Below are positions 27,101 through 39,345 of a stretch of DNA of 64,000 nucleotides, one piece after another. A program made the position numbers and the translations under genes. The stretch's first letter is position 1. Every line of letters begins with the position of its first letter. Source of the stretch: Pristiophorus japonicus (lineage: Eukaryota); contig NC_091999.1 of the NCBI RefSeq assembly GCF_044704955.1, positions 58,094,001-58,158,000 of the forward strand, written 5' to 3'. Below the pieces are notes generated by a model. The model saw nothing but the letters and a program-made list of their open reading frames with translations, was not told the origin of the DNA and ran no database searches.

Positions 27101-30100
27101 TCTGGCTGGGTTCAGTTCTACACTCACTGGTTCCCCTCCCCTGAAGGTACTGACTCTGGCTGGGTTCAGTTCTGCACTCACTGGTTCCACTCCCCTGACG
27201 GTGCTGACACTGGCTGGGTTCAGTTCTACACTCACTGGTTCCCCTCCCCTGAAGGTACTGTCTCTGGCTGGGTTCAGTTCTACACTCACTGGTTCCCCTC
27301 CCCTGAAGGTACTGACTCTGGCTGGGTTCAGTTCTACACTCACTGGTTCCCCTCCCCTGAAGGTACTGACTCTGGCTGGGTTCAGTTCTACACTCTCTGG
27401 TTCTCCTCCCCTGAAGGTACTGACTCTGGCTGGGTTCAGTTCTGCACTCACTGGTTCCCCTCCCCTGAAGGTACTGACTCTGGCTGGGTTCAGTTCTACA
27501 CTCACTGGTTCAACTCCCCTGAAGGTACTGACTCTGGCTGGGTTCAGTTCTACACTCACTGGTTCCCCTCCCCTGAAGGTGCTGACTCTGGCTGGGTTCA
27601 GTTCTACACTCACTGGTTCCCCTCCCCTGAAGGTGCTGACTCTGGCTGGGTTCAGTTCTACACTCACTGGTTCCCCTCCCCTGAAGGTACTGACTCTGGC
27701 TGGGTTCAGTTCTACACTCACTGGTTCCCCTCCCCTGAAGGTACTGACTCTGGCTGGGTTCAGTTCTACACTCACTGGTTCCCCTCCCCTGAAGGTACTG
27801 ACTCTGGCTGGGTTCAGTTCTACACTCACTGGTTCCCCTCCCCTGAAGGTGCTGACTCTGGCTGGGTTCAGTTCTACACTCACTGGTTCCCCTCCCCTGA
27901 AGGTACTGACTCTGGCTGGGTTCAGTTCTACACTCACTGATTCTCCTCCCCTGAAGGTACTGACTCTGGCTGGGTTCAGTTCTGCACTCACTGGTTCCCC
28001 TCCCCTGAAGGTGCTGACTCTGGCTGGGTTCAGTTCTACACTCACTGGTTCCCATCCCCTGAACGTACTGACTCTGGCTGGGTTCAGTTCTACACTCACT
28101 GATTCCCCTCCCCTGAAGGTGCTGACTCTGGCTGGGTTCAGTTCTACACTCACTGGTTCCCCTCCCCTGAAGGTACTGACTCTGGCTGGGTTCAGTTCTA
28201 CACTCACTGGTTCCCCTCCCCTGAAGTTGCTGACTCTGGCTGGGTTCAGTTCTACACTCACTGGTTCCCCTCACCTGAAGGTACTGACTCTGGCTGGGTT
28301 CAGTTCTGCACTCACTGGTTCCTCTCCCCTGAAGGTACTGACTCTGGCTGGGTTCAATTCTACACTCACTGGTTCCCCTCCCCTGAAGGTACTGACTCTG
28401 GCTGGGTTCAGTTCTACACTCACTGGTTCCCATCCCCTGAAGGTACTGACTCTGGCTGGGTTCAGTTCTACACTCACTGGTTCCCCTCCCCTGAAGGTAC
28501 TGACTCTGGCTGGGTTCAGTTCTACACTCACTGGTTCTCCTCCCCTGAAGGTACTGACTCTGGCTGGGTTCAGTTCTACACTCACTGGTTCCCCTCCCCT
28601 GAAGGTACTGACTCTGGCTGGGTTCAGTTCTACACTCACTGGTTCCCCTCCCCTGAAGGTCCTGACTCTGGCTGGGTTCAGTTCTACACTCACTGGTTCC
28701 CCTCCCCTGAATGTACTGACTCTGGCTGGGTTCAGTTCTACACTCACTGGTTCCCCTCCCCTGAAGGTACTGACTCTGGCTGGGTTCAGTTCTACACTCA
28801 CTGGTTCCCCTCCCCTGAAGGTACTGACTCTGGCTGGGTTCAGTTCTACACTCACTGGTTCCCCTCCCCTGAAGGTACTGACTCTGGCTGGGTTCAGTTC
28901 TACACTCACTGGTTCCACTCCCCTGAAGGTACTGACTGTGGCTGGGTTCAGTTCTACACTCACTGGTTCTCCTCCCCTGAAGGTACTGGCTCTGGCTGGG
29001 TTCAGTTCTACACTCATTGGTTCCCATCCCCTGAAGGTACTGACTCTGGCTGGGTTCAGTTCTACACTCACTGGTTCCCCTCCTCTGAAGGTACTGACTC
29101 TGGCTGGGTTCAGTTCTACACTCACTGGTTCCCCTCCCCTGAAGGTCCTGACTCTGGCTGGGTTCAGTTCTACACTCACTGGTTCCCCTCCCCTGAATGT
29201 ACTGACTCTGGCTGGGTTCAGTTCTACACTCACTGGTTCCCCTCCCCTGAAGGTACTGACTCTGGCTGGGTTCAGTTCTACACTCACTGGTTCCCCTCCC
29301 CTGAAGGTACTGACTGTGGCTGGGTTCAGTTCTGCACTCACTGGTTCCCCTCCCCTGAAGGTGCTGACTCTGGCTGGGTTCAGTTCGACACTCACTGGTT
29401 CCCCTTCCCTGAAGGTGCTGACTCTGGCTGGGTTCAGTTCTACACTCACTGGTTCCCCTCCCCTGAAGGTACTGACTCTGGCTGGGTTCAGTTCTACACT
29501 CTCTGGTTCCCCTCCCCTGAAGGTACTGACTCTGGCTGGGTTCAGTTCTACATGCACTGGTTCCCCTCCCCTGAAGGTACTGACCCTGGCTGGGTTCAGT
29601 TCTACACTCACTGGTTCCCCTCCCCTGAAGGTACTGACTCTGGCTGGGATCAGTTCTACACTCTCTGGTTCCCCTCCCCTGAAGGTACTGACTCTGGCTG
29701 GGTTCAGTTCTGCACTCACTGGTTCACCTCCCCTGAAGGTACTGACTCTGGCTGGGTTCAGTTCTACACTCTCTGGTTCCCCTCCCCTGAAGGTACTGAC
29801 TCTGGCTGGGTTCAGTTCTGCACTCACTGGTTCCCCTCCCCTGAAGCTGCTGACTCTGGCTGGGTTCAGTTCTACACTCACTGGTTCCCCTCCCCTGAAG
29901 GTACTGATTCTGGCTGGGTTCAATTCTACACTCACTGGTTCCCCTCCCCTGAAGGTACTGGCTCTGGCTGGGTTCAGTTCTACACTCACTTGTTCCCCTC
30001 CCCTGAAGGTACTGACTCTGGCTGGGTTCAGTTCTACACTCACTGGTTCCCCTCCCCTGAAGGTACTGACTCTGGCTGGGTTCAGTTCTACACTCTCTGG

Positions 30101-33100
30101 TTCCCCTCCCCTGAAGTTACTGACTCTGGCTGGGTTTAGTTCTACACTCTCTGGTTTCCCTCCCCTGAAGGTACTGACTCTGGCTGGCTTCAGTTCTGCA
30201 CTCACTGGTTCCCCTCCCCTGAAGGTACTGACTCTGGCTGGGTTCAGTTCTGCACTCACTGGTTCCCCTCCCCTGAAGGTACTGACTCTGGCTGGGTTCA
30301 GTTCTACACTCACTGATTCCCCTCCCCTGAAGGTACTGACTCTGGCTGGGTTCAGTTCTACACTCACTGGTTCCCCTCCCCTGAAGGTGCTGACTCTGGC
30401 TGGGTTCAGTTCTACACTCACTGGTTCCCCTCCCCTGAAGGTACTGACTCTGGCTGGGTTCAGTTCTACACTCACTGGTTCCCCTCCCCTGAAGGTACTG
30501 ACTCTGGCTGGGTTCAGTTCATCACTCACTGGTTCCCCTCCCCTGAAGGTACTGACTCTGGCTGGGTTCAGTTCTACACTCACTGGTTCCCCTCCCCTGA
30601 AGGTGCTGAATCTGGCTGGGTTCAGTTCTGCACTCACTGGTTCCCCTCCCCTGAAGGTACTGATTCTGGCTGGGTTCAGTTCTACACTGACTGGTTCCCC
30701 TCCCCTGAAGGTACTGACTCTGGCTGGGTTCAGTTCTACACTCACTGGTTCCCCTCCCCTGAAGGTACTGACTCTGGCTGGGTTAAGTTCTACACTCACT
30801 GGTTCCCCTCCCCTGAAGGTGCTGACTCTGGCTGGGTTCAGTTCCACACTCACTGGTTCTCCTCCCCTGAAGGTACGGACTCTGGCTGGGTTCAGTTAGA
30901 CACTCACTGGTTCCCCTCCCCTGAATGTGCTGACTCTGGCTGGGTTCAGTTCTACGCTCACTGGTTCCCCTCCCCTGAAGGTACTGACTCTGGCTGGGTT
31001 CAGTTCTACACTCACTGGTTCCCCTCCCCTGAAGGTACTGACTCTGGCTGGGTTCAGTTCTACACTCACTGGTTCCCCTCCCCTGAAGGTGCTGACTCTG
31101 GCTGGGTTCAGTTCTACACTCACTGGTTCCCCTCCCCTGAAGGTACTGGCTCTGTCTGGGTTCAGTTCTGCACTCACTGGTTCCCCTCCCCTGAAGGTGC
31201 TGACTCTGGCTGGGTTCAGTTCTACACTCACTGGTTCCCCTCCCCTGAAGGTACTGACTCTGGCTGGGTTCAGTTCTACACTCACTGGTTCTCCTCCCCT
31301 GAAGATACTGACTCTGGCTGGGTTCAGTTCTACACTCACTGGTTCCACTCCCCTGAATGTACTGACTCTGGCTGGGTTCAGTTCTACACTCACTGGTTCC
31401 CCTCCCCTGAAGGTACTGATTCTGGCTGGGTTCAGTTCTACACTCACTGGTTCCCCTCCCCTGAAGGTACTGATTCTGGCTGGGTTCAGTTCTACACTCA
31501 CTGGTTCCCCTCCCCTGAAGGTACTGACTCTGGCTGTGTTCAGTTCTACACTCACTGGTTCCCCTCCCCTGAAGATACTGACTCTGGCTGGGTTCAGTTC
31601 TACACTCACTGGTTCCCCTCCCCTGAAGGTGCTGACTCTGGCTGTGTTCAGTTCTACACTCACTGCTTCCCCTCCCCTGAATGTACTGACTCTGGCTGGG
31701 TTCAGTTCTACACTCTCTGGTTCCCCTACCCTGAAGCTGCTGACTCTGGCTGGGTTCAGTTCTACACTCACTGGTTCCCCTCCCCTGAAGGTACTGACTC
31801 TGGCTGGGTTCAGTTCTACACACAGTTTCCCCTCCCCTGAAGGTACTGACTCTGGCTGGGTTCAGTTCTACACTCACTGGTTCCCCTTCCCTGAAGGTAC
31901 TGACTCTGTCTGGGTTCAGTTCTACACTCACTGGTTCTCCTCCCCTGAAGGTACTGACTCTGGCTGGGTTCAGTTCGACACTCACTGGTTCCCCTCCCCT
32001 GAAGGTGCTGACTCTGGCTGGGTTCAGTTCTACACTCACTGGTTCCCTTCCACTGAAGGTACTGACTCTGGCTGGGTTCAGTTCTGCACTCACTGGTTCC
32101 CCTTCCCTGAAGGTGCTGACTCTGGCTGGGTTCAGTTCTGCACTCACTGGTTCCCCTCCCCTGAAGGTACTGACTCTGGCTGGGTTCAGTTCTACACTCA
32201 CTGGTTCCCCTCCCCTGAAGGTACAGACTCTGGCTGGGTTCAGTTCTACACTCACTGGTTCCCCTCCCCTGAAGGTGCTGACTCTGGCTGTGTTCAGTTC
32301 TACACTCACTGGTTCCCCTCCCCTGAAGGTACTGACTCTGGCTGGGTTCAGTTCTACACTCACTGGTTCCCCTCCCCTGAAGGTGCTGACTCTGGCTGGG
32401 TTCAGTTCTACACTCACTGGATCCCCTCCCCTGAAGGTACTGACTCTGGCTGGGTTCAGTTCTACACTCACTGGTTCCCCTCCCCTGAAGGTACTGACTC
32501 TGGCTGGGTTCAGTTCTACACTCTCTGGTTTCCCTCCCCTGATGGTACTGACTCTGGCTGGGTTCAGTTCTACACTCACTGGTTCCCCTCCCCTGTAGGT
32601 ACTGACTCTGGCTGGGTTCAGTTCTACACTCACTGGTTCCCCTCCCCTGAAGGTACTGACTCTGGCTGGGTTCAGTTCTACACTCACTGGTTCCCCTCCC
32701 CTGAAGGTACTGACTCTGGCTGGGTTCAGTTCTACACTCACTGGTTCCCCTCCCCTGAAGGTGCTGACTCTGGCTGGGTTCAGTTCTACACTCACTGGTT
32801 CCCCTCCCCTGAAGGTACTGACTCTGGCTGGGTTCAGTTCTACACTCACTGGTTCTCCTGCCCTGACAGTACTAACTCTGGCTGGGTTCAGTTCTACACT
32901 CACAGGTTCCCCTCCCCTGAAGGGACTGACTCTGGCTGGGTTCAGTTCTACACTCACTGGTTCCCCTCCCCTGAAGGTACTGACTCTGGCTGGGTTCAGT
33001 TCTACACTCACTGGTTCTCCTCGCCTGAAGGTACTGACTCAGGCTGGGTTCAGTTCTACACTCACTGGTTCCCCTCCCCTGAAGGTACTGACTCTGGCTG

Positions 33101-36100
33101 GGTTCAGTTCTACACTCACTGGTTCCCCTCCCCTGAAGGTACTGACTCTGGCTGGGTTCAGTTCTACACTCACTGGTTCCCCTCCCCTGAAGGTACTGAC
33201 TCTGGCTGGGTTCTGTTCTACACACTCTGGTTCCCCTCCCCTGAAGGTACTGACTCTGGTTGGGTTCAGTTCTACACTCACTGGTTCCCCTCCCCTGAAG
33301 GTACTGACTCTGTCTGGGTTCAGTTCTACACTCACTGGTTCCCCTCCCCTGAAGGTGCTGACTCTGGCTGGGTTCAGTTCTACACTCACTGGTTCCCCTC
33401 CCCTGAAGGTACTGACTCTGGCTGGGTTCAGTTCTACACTCACTGGTTCTCCTCCCCTGAAGGTACTGACTCTGGCTGGGTTCAGTTCTACACTCACTGG
33501 TTCCCCTCCCCTGAAGGTGCTGACTCTGGCTGGGTTCAGTTCTACACTCACTGGTTCCCCTCCCCTGAAGGTACTGACTCTGGCTGGGTTCAGTTCTGCA
33601 CTCACTGGTTCCCCTTCCCTGAAGGTGCTGACTCTGGCTGGGTTCAGTTCTACACTCACTGGTTCCCCTCCCCTGAAGGTGCTGACTCTGGCTGGGTTCA
33701 GTTCTACACTCTCTGGTTCCCCTCCCCTGAAGGTACTGACTCTGGCTGGGTTCAGTTCTGCACTCACTTGTTCCCCTCCCCTGAAGGTACTGACTCTGGC
33801 TGGGTTCAGTTCTACACTCACTGGTTCCCCTCCCCTGAAGGTACTGACTCTGGCTGGGTTCAGTTCTCCACTCACTGGTTCCCCTCCCCTGAAGGTACTG
33901 ACTCTGGCTGGGTTCAGTTCTACACTCACTGGTTCCCCTCCCCTGAAGGTGCTGACTCTGGCTGGGTTCAGTTCTAAACTCACTGGTTCCCCTCCCCTGA
34001 AGGTACTGACTCTGGCTGGGTTCAGTTCTACACTCACTGGTTCTCCTCCCCTGAAGGTACTGACTCTGGCTGGGTTCAGTTCTACACTCACTGGTTCCCC
34101 TCCCCTGAAGGTACTGACTCTGGCTGGGTACAGTTCTACACTCACTGGTTCCCCTCCCCTGAAGGTACTGACTCTGGCTGGGTTCAGTTCTACACTCACT
34201 GGTTCCCCTCCCCTGAAGGTGCTGACTCTGGCTGGGTTCAGTTCTACACTCACTGGTTCCCCTCCCCTGAAGGTGCTGACTCTGGCTGGGTTCAGTTCTG
34301 CACTCACTGGTTCCCCTCCCCTGATGGTGCTGACTCTGGCTGGGTTCAGTTCTACACTCACTGGTTCCCCTCCCCTGAAGGTACTGACTCTGGCTAGGTT
34401 CAGTTCTACACTCACTGGTTCCCCTCCCCTGAAGGTGCTGACTCTGGCTGGGTTCAGTTCTACACTCACTGGTTCCCCTCCCCTGAAGTTGCTGACTCTG
34501 GCTGGGTTCAGTTCTACACTCACTGGTTCCCCTCCCCTGAAGGTACTGATTCTGGCTGGGTTCAGTTCTACACTCACTGGTTCCCCTCCACTGAAGGTAC
34601 TGACTCCGGCTGGGTTCAGTTCTACACTCACTGGTTCTCCTCCCCTGAAGGTACTGACTCTGGCTGGGTTCAGTTCTACACTCACTGGTTCCCCTCCCCT
34701 GAAGGTGCTGACTCTGGCTGGGTTCATTTCTACACTCACTGGTTCCCTTCCCCTGAAGGTACTGACTCTGGCTGGGTTCAGTTCTACACTCTCTGGTTCC
34801 CCTCCCCTGAAGGTACTGACTCTGGCTGAGTTCAGTTCTACACTCACTGGTTCCCCTCCCCTGAAGGTGCTGACTCTGGCTGGGTTCAGTTCTACACTCA
34901 CTGGTTCCCCTTCCCTGAAGGTGCTGAATCTGGCTGGGTTCAGTTCTACACTCACAGGTTCCCCTTCCCTGAAGGTGCTGAATCTGGCTGGGTTCAGTTC
35001 TACACTCACTGGTTCCCCTCCCCTGAAGGTACTGACTCTGGCTGGGTTCAGTTCTGCACTCACTGGTTCCCCTCCCCTGAAGGTGCTGACTCTGGCTGGG
35101 TTCAGTTCTACACTCACTGGTTCCCCTCCCCTGAAGGTACTGACTCTGGCTGGGTTCAGTTCTACACTCACTGGTTCCCCTCCCCTGAAGGAACTGACTC
35201 TGGCTGGGTTCCGTTCTACACTCTCTGGTTCCCCTCCCCTGAAGGTACTGACTCTGGCTGGGTTCAGTTCTACACTCACTGGTTCCCCTCCCCTGAAGGT
35301 ACTGACTCTGGCTGGGTTCAGTTCTACACTCACTGGTTCCCACTCCCGGAAGGTACTGACTCTGGCTGGGTTCAGTTCTACACTCAGTGGTTCCCCTCCC
35401 CTGAAGGTAATGACTCTGGCTGGGTTCAGTTCTACACTCTCTGGTTCCCCTCCCCTGAAGGTGCTGACTCTGGCTGGGTTCAGTTCTACACTCACTGGTT
35501 CCCCTCCCCTGAAGGTACTGACTCTGGCTGGGTTCAGTTCTACACTCACTGGTTCTCCTCCCCTGAAGGTACTGACTCTGTCTGGGTTCAGTTCTACACT
35601 CTCTGGTTCCCCTCCCCTGAAGGTACTGACTCTGGCTGGGTTCAGTTCTACACTCACTGGTTCCCCTCCCCTGAAGGTACTGACTCTGGCTGGGTTCAGT
35701 TCTACACCCAGTGGTTCCCCTCCCCTGAAGGTACTGACTCTGGCTGGGTTCAGTTCTACACTCATTGGTTCCCCTCCCCTGAAGGTACTGACTCTGTCTG
35801 GGTTCAGTTCTACACTCACTGGTTCCCCTCCCCTGAAGGTACTGACTCTGGCTGGGTTCAGTTCTACACTCACTGGTTCCCCTCCCCTGAAGGTGCTGAC
35901 TCTGGCTGGGTTCAGTTCTACACTCACTGGTTCCCCTCCCCTGAAGGTACTGACTCTGGCTGGGTTCAGTTCTATACTCACTGGTTCCCCTCCCCTGAAG
36001 GTGCTGACTCTGGCTGGGTTCAGTTCTGCACTCACTGGTTCCCCTCCCCTGAAGGTGCTGACTCTGGCTGGGTTCAGTTCTACACTCTCTGGTTCCCCTC

Positions 36101-38078
36101 CCCTGAAGGTACTGACTCTGGCTGGGTTCAGTTCTGCACTCACTGGTTCCCCTCCCCTGAAGGTACTGACTCTGGCTGGGTTCAGTTCTACACTCACTGG
36201 TTCCCCTCCCCTGAAGGTACTGACTCTGGCTGTGTTCAGTTCTACATTCACTGGTTCCCCTCTCCTGAAGGTACTGACTCTGGCTGGGTTCAGTTCTACA
36301 CTCACTGGTTCCCCTCCCCTGAAGGTACTGACTCTGGCTGGGTTCAGTCCTACACTCACTGGTTCCCCTCCCCTGAAGGTACTGACTCTGGCTGGGTTCA
36401 GTTCTGCACTCACTGGTTCCCCTCCCCTGAAGGTGCTGACTCTGGCTGGGTTCAGTTCTACACTCACGTGTTCCCCTCCCCTGAAGGTACTGACTCTGGC
36501 TGGGTTCAGTTCTACACTCACTGGTTCCCCTCCCCTGAAGGTACTGACTCTGGCTGGGTTCAGTTCTACACACACTGGTTCCCCTCCCCTGAAGGTACTG
36601 ACTCTGGCTGGGTTCAGTTCTACACTCACTGGTTCCCCTCCCCTGAAGGAACTGACTCTGGCTGGGTTCAGTTCTACACTCACTGGTTCCCCTCCCCTGA
36701 AGGTGCTGACTCTGGCTGGGTTCAGTTCTACACTCACTGGTTCCCCTCCCCTGAAGGTACTGACTCCGGCTGGGTTCAGTTCTACACTCACTGGTTCTCC
36801 TCCGCTGAAGGTACTGACTCTGGCTGGGTTCAGTTCTACACTCACTGGTTCCCCTCCCCTGAAGGTGCTGACTCTGGCTGGGTTCAGTTCTACACTCACT
36901 GGTTCCCCTCCCCTGAAGGTACTGACTCTGGCTGGGTTCAGTTCTACACTCACAGGTTCCCCTCCCCTGAAGGTGCTGACTCTGGCTGGGTTCAGTTCTA
37001 CACTCACTGGTTCCCCTCCCCTGAAGGTACTCACTCTGGCTGGGTTCCGTTCTACACTCTCTGGTTCCCCTCCCCTGAAGGTACTGACTCTGGCTGGGTT
37101 CAGTTCTACACTCACTGGTTCCCCTCCCCTGAAGGTACTGACTTTGGCTGGGTTCAGTTCTACACTCACTGGTTCCCACCCCCTGAAGGTACTGACTCTG
37201 GCTGGGTTCAGTTCTACACTCTCTGGTTCCCCTCCCCTGAAGGTACTGACTCTGGCTGGGTTCAGTTCTACACTCACTGGTTCCCCTCCCCTGAAGGTAC
37301 TGACTCTGGCTGGGTTCAGTTCTACACCCAGTGGTTCCCCTCCCCTGAAGGTACTGACTCTGGCTGGGTTCAGTTCTACACTCACTGGTTCCCCTCCCCT
37401 GAAGGTACTGACTCTGTCTGGGTTCAGTTCTACACTCACTGGTTCCCCTCCCCTGAAGATGCTGACTCTGGCTGGGTTCAGTTCTACACTCACTGGTTCC
37501 CCTCCCCTGAAGGTACTGATTCTGGCTGGGTTCAGTTCTGCACTCACTGGTTCCCCTCCCCTGAAGGTACTGACTCTGGCTGGGTTCAATTCTACACTCA
37601 CTGGTTCCCCTCCCCTGAAGGTACTGACTCTGGCTGGGTTCAGTTCTACACTCTCTGGTCCCCCTCCCCTGAAGGTGCTGACTCTGGCTGGGTTCAATTC
37701 TACACTCACTGGTTCCCCTCCCCTGAAGGTACTGACTCTGGCTGGGTTCAATTCTACACTCACTGGTTCCCCTCCCCTGAAGGTACTGACTCTGGCTGGG
37801 TTCAGTTCTACACTCTCTGGTCCCCCTCCCCTGAAGGTGCTGACTCTGGCTGGGTTCAATTCTACACTCACTGGTTCCCCTCCCCTGAAGGTGCTGACTC
37901 TGGCTGGGTTCAATTCTACACTCACTGGTTCCCCTCCCCTGAAGGTACTGACTCTGGCTGGGTTCAGTTCTACACTCACTGGTTCCCCTCCCCTGAAGGT
38001 ACTGACTCTGGCTGGGTTCAGTTCTACACTCACTGGTTCCCCTCCCCTGAAGGTACTGACTCTGGCTTGGTTCAGTTC
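12159..38078 (+). repeat. 54-bp tandem satellite, ~480 units (ACACTCACTGGTTCCCCTCCCCTGAAGGTACTGACTCTGGCTGGGTTCAGTTCT)
   Basis: Uninterrupted 25.9 kb of 54-bp monomers, usually 0-2 substitutions each; left end lies in the gap. Confidence 0.99.
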
Positions 38079-38079
38079 C

Positions 38080-38500
38080 AGACACTGACATCTTTCACGT
38101 TGTACCTGCACCAAGATGGCCACGCATGCGCGGTGCTACTCACTGCATCAAGATGGCGCGGCGCTGAACCTGCCCTGCTGTACCAAGATGGCCGCCGTTA
38201 GCCTGGTCCTGTGACCGGGAGAAAGCCCGGAGGCTGGAACCGCCGATATTCCGGTTATTATTCCGGGCTTGCGGCTGGCACCGGTTGTTTGTGAAGCCTC
38301 CCCACCTCCCTGCTGGTCCCTTACTCCGCTCTGTCCCGCTGAAAAGGACACTTCTGAGGAGCCTGTCCAAAACATATCCGCTCCGCCATTACACGCGTCG
38401 CGCATGCTCCAAACACCCCCAGTACCCGCGTCTGCGCACTGAGCTCCTGTAGTCTGGGTGATGCACATTCTCCCCCGCGGGGCATGCTGGGTACATAAGG
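38080..38500. promoter_or_regulatory. CpG-rich paralog of 7540-7958 with three YY1-like sites and an NRF1-like site
   Basis: CCAAGATGGCC 38111, CGCATGCGC ~38123, CAAGATGGCG ~38149, CCAAGATGGCCGCC ~38183. Confidence 0.6.
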
Positions 38501-38539
38501 CCATGAATAATTGGAGCAGGAGTGGGCCAGATACTGCTC

Positions 38540-39345
38540 GGTTTATATACAGAGTAAAGCTGCCTCTGTGTCCCAGGGCAGGTACAGCACGGGTTAGTTA
38601 CAATTTAAAGCTTGCTGTACGCTGACCCATCAAACACTCCCAGGGCAGGTGCAGCACATATTAAATACACAGTAAGGATCCAGCTACACTGTCCCACCAG
38701 GTATTCCCAGGGTATGCACAGCACGGGTTAGATACATAATAAAACTCCCTCTATACTGTCCCAAGAAAAAAATCACAGGGCAGGTACAGCACAACTATTT
38801 TGTTGTTGATCTGCAAATCAAATGCACCCTGATTAAAGGGCGAAGGGGACACCATAACCGACAAATAAACAATTAAACTTTGGACGTTAAACTTAAATCA
38901 AGTTAAAATTTGGTTGCTGGAGGCGATGCTGCACTCCAGTCCCTCCGATGCCGACCTCTTACAGAAGGCTGCAAGCGTATTGGTGGCAGGTACAGCATAT
39001 GTTAGATACAGAGTAAAGCTCCCTCTACACTGTCCCATCAAACACTCCCAGGGCATGTACAGCACATGTTAGATACAGAGTAAAGCTCCATCTACAGTGA
39101 CGCATCAAATACTCCCAGGTCAGGTACAGCATCGGTTAGATACGGAGTAAAGCTCCCTCTACACTGTCCCATTAAACACTCCCAGTGCAGGCACAGCATG
39201 GGTTAGATACAGAGTGAAGCTCCCTCTACACATTCCCATCAAACACTCGCGGGGCAAGTACAGCATAATTTAGATGCAGGGTAAACGTCTCTCTAAACAG
39301 CCAATGCAAAAATCCACAGGACAGGCACAACACAGGTTAGGTACG
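38540..39345 (-). repeat. 67-bp minisatellite with a Tx1-like insert (38794-38984)
   Basis: Mirror of 6757-7510; TSD GGCAGGTACAGCA(C/T)A on both sides of the insert. Confidence 0.88.

Noticed and set aside
12159-38078. Giant ORFs (up to 3428 aa) as real genes
   Set aside because: They occur in four frames on both strands because the 54-bp unit is a multiple of 3 with few stops; no domain structure, so not annotated as CDS
12159-38078. CRISPR-like or diversity-cassette array
   Set aside because: No unique spacers; monomers are contiguous and differ only by point variants; eukaryotic context
12159-38078. Micro-exon in each monomer (minus strand CCTTCAG|G...CCA|GTGAGT)
   Set aside because: Implied introns of ~41 nt are too short for vertebrate splicing and the polypyrimidine tract is weak; no support without transcripts
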